Shown here one piece after another: positions 1 through 12,839 of a stretch of DNA of 64,000 bases; position 1 is the stretch's first letter, and each line of letters starts with the position of its first letter. Location of the stretch: contig JAUCBJ010008330.1 of assembly GCA_032718475.1 (NCBI GenBank), positions 1,768 through 65,767 of the forward strand. Direction: 5' to 3'. The translations under genes and the position numbers were made by a program. Origin of the DNA: Nemertoderma westbladi (taxonomy: Eukaryota; Animalia; Xenacoelomorpha). Below the pieces are notes generated by a model. The model saw only the letters and a list, made by a program, of their open reading frames with translations, was not told where the DNA came from and searched no databases.

Positions 1-1107
1 TTTTAGCAGTTTAACCCGCCAATTTTAGGTGTCTTCTAATTTATAAATCGACTTTAGCCTACGACAATTTATTATTACTGAAATAACATTAGCCGAAGCC
101 AGTCTATGCGCGACCATTCACCCACTGTTAAGGGAGATTGGATTCGGATGCTTTGACTTATTATTGCGTTGTAGACCTACTGTATTACTCGATTGATCGT
201 TACTATATAATCTCTGACAATATATTTACTTTCGGGGAAATATTAACAGTTCCTTTAGGACGTGGCGCTTTAAGTATAAAACAGAGTTATGACTTATACT
301 AATCACAACTAGATGTCTATTGATTTACATAAAAGGCGCATTCATTAGGAGATGCTTTATTACCAGTCACATCACCGCACACAACTTCACACTGCTTCAC
401 ACTGATCTGCTGACAGTTACTGAATTTGATCATATATAAGGAAGATAGCAGCTGACACCTGTAGGGATTATGAAATATCATTTAATTCACACAAAACCCA
501 CTATAATGTAAGTCGCAATTGCTACTGGTAACCTGTCCTCTAACCTTCAGTAATCAATAAGATTGGGGTTTTTTGGGTTCTTTATCGGTATTCTCCAAAT
601 ATAACAATATATCCATCAACAGATATAACCATTAATAACAGACAGTAAAATAATGCAGTATGTAGTAAGATGATAAGTAAGTGAGCATTGTGAGCATTGT
701 TGGTTTGGTAATAGTTTATGTTTCGATAATCAAAGGCATCTAATGTTCTGGCCAAAGTCTGAAACTTCTACAGAAGTACAGAAGAATCCTAAGCCGGTGT
801 TCTGGCTTAGAAAAGATAAACACAACTACTACTGACATACACAGACTTGCTCGGTTTACATAGCTCTTTTCCAAGAAAAATGAAAATCGCTCTGATTGGC
901 TGAGCCTAGCTGAGCCGAACAAAGAACACAGAGAACAAGGGAAAGTTCCACGTCAGCAAATCAGCTGGTAGATGTCGTCATCTGAGCTCCTCCAGCCTTT
1001 AGAGTATTTAAGCGCCTTGCGGAGAAAGTTGCTTGTTACGTCCGCCAAAGCACACATGCAGACATAGCAAAGAAAAATGGCTTTTTATGTCCGCAAAAGC
1101 TTTTACA
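1..1107 (-). mobile_element. BEL/Pao LTR (copy A), cut by the window edge; solo LTR or 5' LTR of an element lying left of the window
   Basis: Collinear with the LTRs at 15570 and 39343 (TTTAGCAGTTTAAC, GAAATATTAACAGTTCCTTTAGGACGTGGCGCT, CTGATTGG). Ends GCAAAAGCTTTTACA at 1107 and is followed by non-element sequence. Confidence 0.85.
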
Positions 1108-1146
1108 AGACAGCCATAATTTTATTTTGCAGATATACATACACGG

Positions 1147-1163
1147 TACTACTACTACTACTG

Positions 1164-1202
<39 letters not shown>
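1147..1202 (-). repeat. (TAG)n/(TAC)n microsatellite forming the 3' tail of the adjacent RTE-like LINE
   Basis: Abuts TAGGATCGGCATGCTGCA, the same 3' end that carries a short ACTACT tail in the LINE copy at 11182. Confidence 0.85.
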
Positions 1203-2203
1203 GGATCGGCATGCTGCAAAGCAGCTGCATTATATAAAGAATGCTGTGCCAGCTTGTCCAGAAAATTGCGCCGCCACAACTCCTTACCACCCATGACATT
1301 TGCTAGATCATTTGCATCTTCTAGGACAGTGTCCTTTAAGATGCGTCTCAAGAAAATCATGGGCTACCCAGCCCATCATGCTTATTCACTCCATGAGACT
1401 GCCAAATCACGGCGAAAGCAATGTCCTGCAAAGCGGTGGCGGCTTTGTTCTAGTGTCAAGCTTGGGGGAACCTATGAGACACCTCCAATGTTTTATAGTG
1501 TCTGTTTTGAGAGGTGTGCATTGCACTTGACACAGTGAACCCGGCGTAGCATTCTTATGAATGTGCCATCCAGAGATTTGGTATCCTCAGCAATTAGAGC
1601 CCAGCATGGACTCCCATAGAGGAGTACTGGAACTATTGCTGCTCTAAATAATCGGACCTTAAGATTCCTATGAATTTTATGTGACTTCCAAATACGGGCA
1701 AGCCTATTCAAGGCTGCCCATGCCTTTCCCTTACGTATTAGAAGAAATGACTTCCGGATCCATTATCCAAGGTAATAGAAGTCATCCACATGCTCAAGCA
1801 TAACATCCTTTGAGCTTATGCTCATCCGGACAGAGACTTGTTGAGGACTTTCAAGGTTAACTGTCAAAATGTTGGTTTTTTGGTGTTAATAAATAGACCA
1901 ACACTAGAAGCAGCCTGTTAGCGCTGTGTGCCTAGAGAACTTTTTAATTAATTTTAATAGGCGCTGATAAATAAATATATTATTATTATTATTATTATTA
2001 TGAGCTGAGGAGCCGTTGGGCCCACTCTGGTGATTCTGAGAGTACTCGTAAGTCATCAGCAAAGTCTAGATCAGTTAGGTACTTGGCAGGATTTCCTCGA
2101 CTTCTGGAGCCAGTAGGTGGAGTTATCATCACCCCATCATCATTATGATGATCTAAGGGCATGCGTAGAACATAGTCAACCACAATTATGAACAAGAATG
2201 GTG
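1147..2203 (-). mobile_element. 5'-truncated, decayed RTE-like non-LTR retrotransposon (RT C-terminal half)
   Basis: Peptides LTDLDFADD and LFRAAIVPVLLYGS; closely similar to 11182-12140; about 80-bp insertion ending in (ATT)n at about 1918-1999. Confidence 0.85.
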
Positions 2204-2771
2204 TTAAAGCTTCTGTACCCTAAAATGCATATTTTTGTAGCGAGAAGCTTAAGTCTACTCCAAACTCTATAAAATGTCATATCTATACGTCCAATTCTGT
2301 AGGATGTATGTATATATCCATACGCCCCGAAGTGTTCGATTTCAGTACACATCAGTCAGTAAGTTACACATCTGGGTTATAACAGTCAATGGAATCTATT
2401 GTTTATTTTCATAGCTGTGGGCTAATCTTATTTGGAGCAAATGGCAATGCCGCATGGCGACTTTCTATTGGAAGTTGACCAGCAACTGGCTGTGCCGTCA
2501 TGATTCTGAGAATTCCTTACCCTCGATCAGCTAGGCAAGATTCATTCTGCAGTTTTGCTGATAGTAAAAGGATGTTTTTGCCGTTAACATCTAGGCCTAC
2601 CGCATGGCTGTATACTCACAATGGCTGAAACTGCATATGGCTGACTATGCTTAATATACTAAATAACTGAATTGCACTGATTTACTGCTTGTTTATAATA
2701 TTTGTTGGTTAACTTGTGCAAATATTGTGATGATATATGGAGATAGCACTGAATTAATTACTCTTACTGTA

Positions 2772-3372
2772 GTTTGTGGAAGTTACTGTAGTAAGTTCTA
2801 TAGAGGTATTTAAGTACAACAGTTTAAATAAATTAGTTATTGCCGACAGCCGTTAGTTACATTTATCTTCACTGCCCTGCAGTTATAAATTTGTATACCT
2901 GTAAATTTTATTTTAGCAATAAATTTTAATATACTGTAATTTAGCCATGAAGAAACCTGTGGGGGTGGAACGGCTGTCGGCAATAACTAATTTATTTAAA
3001 CCGTGGTACTTAAAGATCTCTATAGAACTTACTATACAGTAAAGCCCCGTTCACATCCAACGGTGCACAGGTGCGTGAGCAGTCAAGTAGTCTGGCGGTA
3101 TTGAAGCAGTAAGCCAGCAGCGGTACACTACCCGGAGCCCGTTCACACCCAACGGTACCGTTACGGTAACTGATTGTCTATCTTTGGACTGTGAATTCAA
3201 CAGGAAATTACATTAATTGTTTTAACATTGTTTAAATGGGCTGCGGTAAACCGCGCGGTTTAGCTCACAACTACCTGTTGGGTCGTTCACAGTCAACTCT
3301 GTACCGCTGGCCCTGCGGTACACTGCACGGTGTACTGTTCCGTTGGATGTGAACGGGCCTTTACTTCCACAA
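2772..3372. mobile_element. Foldback/MITE-like element with long inverted arms
   Basis: About 2793-2854 is the inverted copy of about 2968-3031 (TTTAAATAAATTAGTTATTGCCGACAGCCGTT). The outer arm TTTGTGGAAG resumes after the nested MITE. Confidence 0.6.
3043..3360. mobile_element. PIF/Harbinger-like MITE nested in the foldback element
   Basis: TIRs AGCCCCGTTCACATCCAACGG / CCGTTGGATGTGAACGGGCCT; flanked by TAA (3040-3042) and TTA (3361-3363). Confidence 0.65.
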
Positions 3373-3575
3373 ATTATAATGGCCTTGTCACGGAGGACGT
3401 CATTCCGCAATATCCGTAAACTTAAATTACTCTTAGTAGTACTGTAGTAGTATATTACAGTATTGACAAACCATACAAATATATCAACGGGTCAGTCCAT
3501 TATTCTAACATAATTAACACCGTAAATAATAATATAGAGAAAACCAACAAAAGAGAGAAAGAATACAGAGATAAC

Positions 3576-4729
3576 TGTAAAAGCTTTTGCAGACATGCGG
3601 ACAAGTCATTTTTCCCGCAATGCGCAGTGTAGGTGCTTTTGCGGACATAACAATTCATTTTTTCCGCAATGCGCAGAATACTCTAAAATAGCCCTAAATG
3701 TATTCAACGCCGTGACGGGAAGGAATCAGAGCCCCGATGACGAAATCTATCAGCTGATTCTCTGTGGACATGGAATTTTTCTTTGTTCTTCCTAGTCAGC
3801 CAATCAGAGCGATTTTCCCCCTTATGTCGAACAGAGGCCTATGGAAACCCGTGCAATTGTTTACCTTTTTCTGAGCCTCAGAACCGGCTTGGAATCTTCT
3901 GTACTTCTGTTGTGGAAGTTTCAGACTTTGGCCTAAACATCAAATGGCTTTGATTACAAGAACGTAGAACTATTAACAATTCAACTACCTTACTTGGATA
4001 CACATTTCATAACTGCATTATGTAACACATACTGACTGTTCACCACATTATTTTACTTCTGTCATTAATTGTTGTTATGTTAATGGATATTGCTGTTATA
4101 TTTGGAGAATACCGATAAATAATCATAAAACCCCCAATCTTCTTGATTACTGAAGGTGAGAGGAACAGGTTTACCGGTAGCAACTGCGACTTACATTATA
4201 GTGTTTTTGTGTGAATTAAATGCTATTTCATAATCCCTACATGTGTCAGTTGCGATCTTCCTTATATATGATCAAATTCAGTGACGGTCGGCAGATCAGT
4301 GCGAAGTAGTGTGAAGTAGTGTGAAGTCGTGTGAAGTAGTGTGAAGGTTAATAAAGCATCTCCTAAAGAATGCGCTTTTTACGAAACTCTGTGGCCATCT
4401 AGTTGTGATTAGCATAAGTCATAACTCTGTTTTTATACTTAAAGCGCCACGTCCTAAAGGAACTGTTAATATTTCCCCGAAAGTAAATATATTGTCAGAG
4501 ATTATATATTAACGATCAATCCAATAATACAGTAGGTCTACACTGCAATCACTATCAAAGCATCCGAATCCAGTCTCCCTTAACTGTGGGTGAAAGGTCA
4601 CGCACAGACTGGCTTCGGCTGATGTAACTTCAGTACATTAAATAATTGATATAGGCTAAAGTCGATTTATAAACAAAAGGACAACTAAAATTGGCAGGTT
4701 AAACTGCTAAAGGTCTAAAAGCGCGAATA
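3576..4729 (+). repeat. 5' LTR of copy B (1154 bp)
   Basis: Starts TGTAAAAGCTTTTGC and ends AAAGCGCGAATA (CA changed to TA); reverse-complement homolog of the other LTRs; contains about 5 copies of GTGAAGTAGT at 4300-4346. Confidence 0.85.
3797..3929 (+). promoter_or_regulatory. Candidate LTR promoter: CCAAT box and Inr-like GTTTCAGACTTT motif
   Basis: CCAATCAG and GTTTCAG(A/T)CTTT are kept in all four LTR variants while the surrounding U3 sequence diverges. Function is inferred. Confidence 0.4.
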
Positions 4730-6486
4730 TTAATAGTTTTAAACTCTTGATTGCACAGTAGACAATAAATATATTTGTCTAATGTTCTGGTAAGAACAAT
4801 AATAGATTTTATAGTTTCTTTAATGCACTGTAGGCAATAAAGTCGAATGTACTGGTCGGACGGTAAACTGTAGGCCTAACTACCTAACCACCCGAACCGG
4901 TACTTACCGGTACTAGTATTATTTCGATTGTGATATATTGTATATTGGTAGGCTATTTAAGAGAGTAGGGACTGTACACCCCTTATTTCTTTTAGAGCTT
5001 ATTTAAAACTGTCAATTTTATTTATCTGTAAGTGTAATATTGAGCAGAAGGCGGGTAAGCCTGCTCAGATTGTATAAATAATTTGTAGGCCGGATTGTTG
5101 TCTAACTGTTGTTAGGTCTGAAGCGATTGCAGTGTGTGTAGAGTGTCTGTCCGAAAAAGTGCTAGTTAGGAAGGTGGGGGCATCCAGTGTTGTAAGGTAA
5201 ATCCCCCCCGAAAGAATAAGTCATACTACTCGGTTAGAACGCCTACTAACTAACCATTTCGGAGTCTGCATATACTGTAGTTTATTTAGGCTTGACAGTA
5301 GTCTGCCAGCATTTGGTCTGTATTTTATTTAAATAGTCTGCACGGGTAGCGTAATATTTATTATTCAGTGTCTATGGAAGTATTCCAACCACCAACTCCC
5401 CAAGTTTATTCCTACATTAATTGTGCTTGTTATACATACCAATATAGTTAAATTAACCCCTGTACTACATCAGGGCTGCTTGGCGTAGGTAAAGACTAGT
5501 GATTTTGTGCTCCGGTCACTCCAGCAGATGATACCGTGGTTCTTTTGGCTGTTCAAGTATATTTAACTGCTGGTTATTTGTTTTATAAGTACTTGTACCT
5601 AATTTAGGGTTTAGCGTACAGTGCTTTCCTAAAGTAATTTAGTGTGTAGGCAGTATATTTGTGTTATAACGTGGTTAATAGGCACGTTAGCTCTGGTTGG
5701 CTTCGGTAATTAACCTCTAGGTAAGGACACTCCGGGTACATAACGTAGTACTTATAGAGCTAAGACTATAAGTCGTCAGACGGTGGTATTTTCTTATCTG
5801 GACAACGCAACTTACTTACTACTACTTTATTGTTTTTCCAATACTGTAGTTTCCTGTCAGTTTGTAAGATCCAGAAATTCTAACTCCTTGTTAGACTGGT
5901 TTGTAGATTTCTTGTAAAATTACCCTATAAATTGTACGTGTAACTTTTAGTGTTTATTTAGAGATTGTAATCTCAAACTGTAATTGTAAGTAATTTGTAG
6001 TGATAAGTAACTTAGTAAAGAAGAATTATCTGTGTAGTGACTCCTTAACCAGAAATAATAACATTTATTTCAAACATTGTCAAAACCCATTGTACGGGTA
6101 TATATATATTTATAAATCAACTCTCAATCAGATTTATAAAATAGTAGGCCTGTTATACATCAATTAGGTCTTAATATCAGTTGGATTACTGCTTAATAAC
6201 AGTAATAAAGTAAAGGGAAGTAACCCTAAAATTAAGAAATTCAGTTATTATAAAATAATTGACATTACCGGTATTTACGGTAGGCTTATTATATATATTT
6301 ATATAAATTTAGGCTGAAATTATATACCGGTATTCTGTGACTAATCCTAGTCTATAATAATACTTATATATACTATGGGTGTATACCGGTATTTACGGTA
6401 GGCTTATTATATATATTTATATAAATTTAGGCTGAAATTATATACCGGTATTCTGTGACTAATCCTAGTCTATAATAATACTTATA

Positions 6487-7939
6487 CAGGGTGATCCAAA
6501 AGTTTCTGACCCGGGGGTCAGAAACTTTCGGACCGTGGCTATAATTATAGTTTTGTAGTTCTAGTAAACTAGCAGAGTAGACAGTTGTAGGTGCACAGTT
6601 GTAGGTTATGGAAGTTTAAGTAGCCTACAGCAGTACTCTGCACTTTTGGTTCACAATTTTGGTCATTGCTTCAGCTCATAACAACAGTATGGCACCAACT
6701 AATCGTGAGAAAAAGAGGATTGAAATTCAAACCTTATTTTTACGTGGAGATGGGATAAAGAAAATTTCTAGGGATCTCAAAATTTCGGTTAACACTGTTA
6801 GAAAGTGGGTCAGAACAAATTCTGGAACAATTAAAGACTCTAAACGCTCTGGAAGACCAACGAAAATGACACCTGATTCAAAGAAACAGATAACAAAAAT
6901 GACTAAGGATCAGTTCATTGGCATTCGGAAAGTGACGAAGAAGATCAACTTCAGCGATTTTTACAAGAATAGAGGAAAGTCCGTTGGTGCCACTACAGTT
7001 CGGAGGATGGTTAAATCAACTGAGTGGGGTAAAACAGCATATAAACAGACAGTTAAACCAATGCTGTCGGCAAAGAATGTCAATGATCGCTTGACATTTG
7101 CGAACAAGATGATCAAAGATGGCTTTGCTAACAATTCTCGTCCTGCACGAATGAAGCTCAGCCATATTTTGTTTAGAGATGAGTCCCCAGTTGTTCTCAA
7201 CCCTAAGCCAAACAAGCAGAATCGCAGAATTCGAACAAGCGATCCTGGGACGATACCAGCCATTGTGGTTCCTAAGTTTCCACTGAAAATTATGGTGGCT
7301 GGAGGAATAAGCCGATATGGCCGGTCTGAACTTTACATTGTCCCACAGAACACAACTGTGGATGGAGCACTATATAGGGAACAGATATTGCCAGTTTATC
7401 ATAGAGCTTTGGATGATAAGAAGTTATTTCCTCGCTCTGAGTTAAGGATTCTTCAACAGGATGGTGCCAAACCGCATACAGCTAAACAATCCATTGCTCA
7501 GATTAAGGCGAAGTTCGGAAATTTTGGAGTGGTATGGGAAACTTGGCCGGGCAATTCTCCTGACCTTAATCCCATAGAGCATGTCTGGGCAGAGCTCCAG
7601 GATTCGATATTCATTGAACCTAGACCACGTAATCGTCAGCAGCTCATTGATAGAGTTAAGGAGACATGGGTTGGTCTGGATCAGAACTGGCTTTCAGATC
7701 TTGCTCTGTCATTTCCACGCCGGATCCATGAGGTGATCAAGGAGAATGGAAGGAACACCAAGTATTAGCTAATTGATGATGGACTCTAGGCCCAGGTGGT
7801 ATCATTTGTAACTTTTTTGATAGAAAAATATATGCCCTTTGGTTGTGTGAATTGGAAATATATACAATTTTATTCGTTTATCCAAAACATTACTTTGAGT
7901 AAGATATACTGGGGGGTCAGAAACTTTCGGATCACCCTG
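6487..7939 (+). mobile_element. Tc1/mariner-superfamily DNA transposon, apparently intact
   Basis: 26-bp TIRs CAGGGTGATCC(A/G)AAAGTTTCTGACCC with one mismatch; TA duplicated at 6485-6486 and 7940-7941. Confidence 0.95.
6689..7768 (+). CDS. Tc1-like transposase, 359 aa from ATG 6689, DD38E spacing
   Basis: N-terminal HTH, RSGRP motif, FRDES, QQDGAKPH, WPGNSPDLNPIEHVW; 38 residues counted between the second D and the E. Confidence 0.93.
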   Translation: MAPTNREKKRIEIQTLFLRGDGIKKISRDLKISVNTVRKWVRTNSGTIKDSKRSGRPTKMTPDSKKQITKMTKDQFIGIRKVTKKINFSDFYKNRGKSVGATTVRRMVKSTEWGKTAYKQTVKPMLSAKNVNDRLTFANKMIKDGFANNSRPARMKLSHILFRDESPVVLNPKPNKQNRRIRTSDPGTIPAIVVPKFPLKIMVAGGISRYGRSELYIVPQNTTVDGALYREQILPVYHRALDDKKLFPRSELRILQQDGAKPHTAKQSIAQIKAKFGNFGVVWETWPGNSPDLNPIEHVWAELQDSIFIEPRPRNRQQLIDRVKETWVGLDQNWLSDLALSFPRRIHEVIKENGRNTKY

Positions 7940-10900
7940 TATATACTATAGGTGTATACCGGTATTTACGGTAGGCTTATTATATATATTTATATAAATT
8001 TAGGCTGAAATTATATACCGGTATTCTGTGACTAATCCTAGTCTGTAATAATACTTATATATACTATAGGTATATACCGGTATTTATGGTAGGCTTATTA
8101 TATATATTTATATAAATTTAGGCTGAAATTATATACCGGTATTCTGTGACTAATCCTAGTCTGTAACAATACTTATATATATACTATAAGTGTATACCGG
8201 TATTTTAATATCACACATATATCACGTTACATTGAGTAACGGTATCGGTAATCAATTACTAGGCTTACAGTTGATACTGAATTAATAGACTTGCTTTAAC
8301 TGTCGTTATAGTAGTAGGCATTCAACTGTAAAATAAATCATGGCTGACACAAAGCAAACCCTGTCAGATAGTTTCCTAGAAAGAACAGTCTGTGACTCAG
8401 ATAAGAGTATAGAACATCTGAGACCGAAGTCCAAGTCCCCTCCTACTGTAAGAAAGGTCATCCCTACAGTAGTAGTATCAGACCCTAGGCTAGTAAAGCA
8501 CCATAGGTCTATTATAGGCACTAGGGCTCAAGTTAAGCGGGACCTAGAAGCAGCTGTTAAACAGCAGCAGCACCCGAGCCGAGAAATATTACTCAACAGC
8601 ACGATAACTTTAGTAGTTCAGATACTTTAGAGTTGACGTCCGAGATCGGAGCAAGGATGGCAGAAGCGGTTTATCCAGACCCACTTCTAATTCTTCCTGG
8701 AGCCTTACTCACTAGAGTGTTGATCGCTGTGGAAGAACATCAAATTGATTGGGCAAGAAGTAAGCGATCGACCAGGGACAGTTATGCAGGATACACGATG
8801 GAGGAATTAAGGTCTATTGTCGAGGCGCAATGGAACTTCCCCGGACCCGGACTCCCGTTTAACTTATCGGAAGCTGCCTGGGAGGACTTATATAGGATGG
8901 GAGTAGTAAGGGACACTCGAGATCCAGCTGTGTGGAAGAGGTCAGCAGCAGGATATGTCCAGGGATTCTTCAGCTCTTTGGAGCGATTAGAGGAACACCT
9001 GTTTCAACAACGTCAAGGACCTCAAGAGCAGGGAGAGCAGCTTTATCAAGTGCGAGAACGAATTTTACGGATCAGACTAATGCTTTCGGCCTTTGAGGAA
9101 GCCTCGAAGAGGAGCCAAGACACTTCATTGCAAGTGGCCATAAAAACTTGGTTCCAACGGGTGAGTCTTAAAGTCCAGGGAACGACACAATGGAAAGCTC
9201 AGCTAACCGAGCGCATGACCCACGGAGAATCAACAGATGCTACCTTTTCTCAGGTGGAAGGCGAAGTTACATCCGAGAAACCTCAGAAGAAGGATGCTAT
9301 TGACATCTATCTGTCGGACTATCAACGATTTATAGGTGACAAAGAGTTAAGGAGACGGCTAGCTGGACTTCACCCTAATAGTGAGGCAGCCAAATTTGTG
9401 TTGGACTCGTTAGATGCGGAAATATTAGCCGCGGAACAGGCTAAATTTGATGAAAGCATCCTCATCGCTATGGACCAAGAAGAGCAGCTAAAGAAAAAGC
9501 AAATAGAAGACTGAAGGGCAGCGGTCGCGGCAGCATCTAAAAGGAAAATGGCAGAGGCTGAAAGAAAAGTGGCAGTGGTCGCGGCAGAATCTGAAAGGAA
9601 AGCTGCAGAGGCGGAAAGAAAAGCGGCAGCGGTCGCGGCAGAATCTGAAAGGAAAGTGGCAGAGACTGAAAGAAAGGCGGCAGCGGCAGCGGCAGAATCT
9701 GAAAGAAAAGCGGCAGTGGCTGAAGCAGAAAGACGAGCATCTGAAGAGGCAACCCAACTAGAGTTGGAAATCTTCAAGCGAAGCAAGATTACTTAAATAA
9801 ACAGAGAACAGCTACTCAGATGCAGCTGCTAAGTCGATCTACTCCCCGGAGACAGGGATTTACCGGGCGATACAACAGATTCTGAAGGTAGAGGAAATAA
9901 ATCTCGTTCCAGCGGACGTAGAAGAATGCCACACCGTCAGAAATTGCCTAATTTGCCTCCAGCTGTGAGAAGGCAACTAGCTAGTGTAGATTTAAGTAAT
10001 CCTGAGCCTACAGACCAAATTATTAGAGTAGAAAGACTCCCTACTATAGTAGATGAGCCCGAAATAATTAGGCCTGTCATTGAAGTCACTCCAGTGCTAG
10101 AGACCCCTGTACTTATAGAACCTAACTCTAAATTCCCTTTGCACAGTACTAAACTATCTGTGCCCAATAGACTAGCCCCTGAATCACTCCCGTTTCTGGA
10201 CGCCGAGCAAGACATAAATGAATTGTCTCCCGTCGTCCCCACGCGTCACCCGGCTACCACGTTGGCAGCTCCCGCGGCAGCGGTTGAGTGGGTAGACAAG
10301 GGACGGCGGGGGATGGATCGCCTGCTCGGGCAGCTGGAAAAACATAAACTACGTTCTTCCCAGCAGGTCCGAGAGTTGGAAGGGACTGTTCAGCAGTTAA
10401 AGGGAACAGTAAGAGAGAGTAGGTTAGAGTTACAAGAAGTACAACAGAGTATCGCTTTAGAGCGCGATAAATTAGTAAATATACAAATGGGTATACCACC
10501 ACCCCCTGTAACAATGTGTCAACCTGTTAGGTCTGAAGTATTTCATGCACAAGGTGTGGAGCCTACACGCATATATACTGCTAGTGAAGTAGAAACTCCT
10601 ATAGTAAACCCTATCAAGGGTAATTATAAACCCTTTGATAATGATATTCCATACAGATCTGATCATAATCCGTGAAATCTATATACCGATAACTCGATAT
10701 TAAATAATACGGTGGCTCAAGAAAATTTTACACGTCAAATGGCTAGAACTGAAGCCCGTCAAGTGGTAAAGGTAGGAGAGGTCGTCAAGTTCAATGGAGA
10801 TGAGATGAAATGGTTACCTTTTAATGAATATTATAAAGATAACATACAGAACTCTGTACTATCCAACAGAGAGAAACTTAGATTCCTCATCGAGTGCTTG

Positions 10901-11181
10901 GAAGGATCTCCCAAGTTAATTGCGTTAAAGTTTATTGGACATCCAGATGGATTAAGACAAGTTTGGGATACACTGAACATCAGGTATGGTAATAGGACTA
11001 ACATAGCTAGGTATTTGTATGCGAAATTAGTAGCGCCCCGAAAGTTTCTTAGCAGCGGGATTATCGATAGGCTAGGTAAGTCTCAGGAATATCAAAGTTC
11101 TATGGTTGTTGGAGCCGTAGCATCTACTTTGCCAAAAGGTGGAGTAGGTACGCGTTGGGACAACAAGGTTCTCTATATGAT

Positions 11182-12839
11182 ACTACTAGGATCGGCATGC
11201 TGCATTGCAGCTGCATTTTTAAGAATGCTGTGCCGGCTTGTCAACAAAATTGCACCGCCACAACTCCCTATCACCCATGACATTTGCTAGATCATCCGCA
11301 TCTTTAAGGCCAGTGTCCTTTAAGATGCGTCTCAAGAAAGTCATGGGCTGTCCACCATGCTTATTCACTCCATGAGGCTGCCAAAGTACAAGATTATGCA
11401 CTGGCTGGTCCTCACGGCGAAAGCAATGTCCTGCAAAGCGGAGGCGATTTTGTTCTAGTGTCAAGCTTGGGGGAACCAATGAGACACCTCCAATGTTATA
11501 TAGTGTCTGGTTGGAGATGTGTGCATATTACTTGACACAATGAACCCGGCGTAGCATTCTTGTGAATGTGCCATCCAGAGATTTGGTGTCCTCAGCAGTT
11601 AGAGCCCAGCATGGACTCCCGTAGAGGAGTACTGGAACTACTGCTGCTCTAAATAATCGGACCTTAAGTTTCCGATTAATTCTCGGTGACTTCCAAATCC
11701 TGGAAAGCCTATTCAAGGCTGCCCATGCCTTTCCCTTACGTATTCGAAGGTCCTCACCTGACTTCCGGATCCATGATCCCAGGTAACAAAAGTCATCGAC
11801 ATGCTCAAGCATACCATCCTTTGAGCTTATGCTCATCCGATCAGAGACTTGCTGAGGACTTTCAAAGTTAACTGTCAGAATTTTGGTCTTTCTGGAGTTA
11901 ATAAAAAGACCAACACTAGAAGCAGCATGTTCTAATGAGCTGAGGAGCCGTTGGGCTCCCTCTAATGATTCTGAGAGTACTCCTAAGTCATCAGCAAAGT
12001 CTAGATCAGTTAGGTACTTGGCAGGATTTCTTCGACTTCTGGAGCCAGTAGGTGGAGTTATCATCACCCCATCATCATTATGATGATCTAAGGACATGCG
12101 TAGAACATAGTCAACCACAATAATGAATAAGAATGGTGCAAGTGTGTCTCCTTGGAGGACGCCCCATAACACTTCAAATGGTTCTGTGTCACCGTCAACA
12201 GTAGACACAAATGTTGTCGAACCATCGTATACTGATCTGATTGCTGCTATAATTTCATCAGGAATCCCATATAATGAAAGTATGCTGAACATACGTGAGC
12301 GAGAGACTGAATCAAAGGCCTTGAAGAAGTCAACAAAGATAACAGCCAGATGCCTGTCTTTCTTTTTTGATAATTCTTCAATTATCCTTCTAAGTGCCAA
12401 AATGGGCTCCATGGTCCCACGACCTTTACGAAACCCATTCTGATTTCCACGGAGCAGTCTCTCAATGGGATCCCTGATGCGATTTAATAGAATCCTATTG
12501 TATAGCTTTGCAGCAATCGAGATCAATGAGATTCCCCGAAAAGAACCATAGAGTGTTAGGTTGCCCTTCTTGGGAACTGGCACCAACTTATTTGTTTTCA
12601 TTTCTTGGGGGACTCTTGTTGTACGGTACATGTCTACTATGATGGGATAGATGAGCTTTAAACACTCAGGTATTTTAAAGACCTCAGGGGGAACACCATC
12701 TACTCCACTGGCACGATTGGTCTTAATGCTCTTTGCAGCAGCCTTCACTTCTGCAAAGGAGATATCGCCAATGGGAATATCTGGGAGTACAGACTCAGAC
12801 ACCTTTACTTCTATAAAGTTATCAGGCAATCTATATACG
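11182..12839 (-). mobile_element. 5'-truncated RTE-like LINE inserted in gag of copy B
   Basis: 11-bp TSD CTCTATATGAT (11171-11181 and 12840-12850); short (TAG)n tail; RT motifs NQNGFRKGR, FVDFFKAFDS, GVLQGDTLAP, DFADD, YLGS and C-terminal RLRFAGHCFR. Confidence 0.92.
11219..12829 (-). pseudogene. Reverse transcriptase (ORF2 fragment) of the RTE-like LINE
   Basis: 433-aa ORF continues in frame past one TAA (11528-11530) into the 11219-11479 ORF; no endonuclease domain is present. Confidence 0.88.

Larger units (their letters stand above)
6266..8203 (+). repeat. Four tandem ~118-bp units in the leader of copy B, split by the Tc1 insertion
   Basis: Units start TACCGGTATTTA(C/T)GGTAGGC at 6266, 6384, 7957 and 8075; 6384+118+1455 = 7957. 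Confidence 0.85.

Noticed and set aside
1036-1538. Poly-Val, poly-Leu and poly-Ser ORFs
   Set aside because: These are reading frames through the (TAC)n LINE tail and its antisense strand.
4788-4800. TGGTAAG downstream of the 5' LTR as a tRNA PBS
   Set aside because: It lies 55-60 nt from the LTR in B and D, sits in a hairpin loop, and is absent from the full-length copy C.
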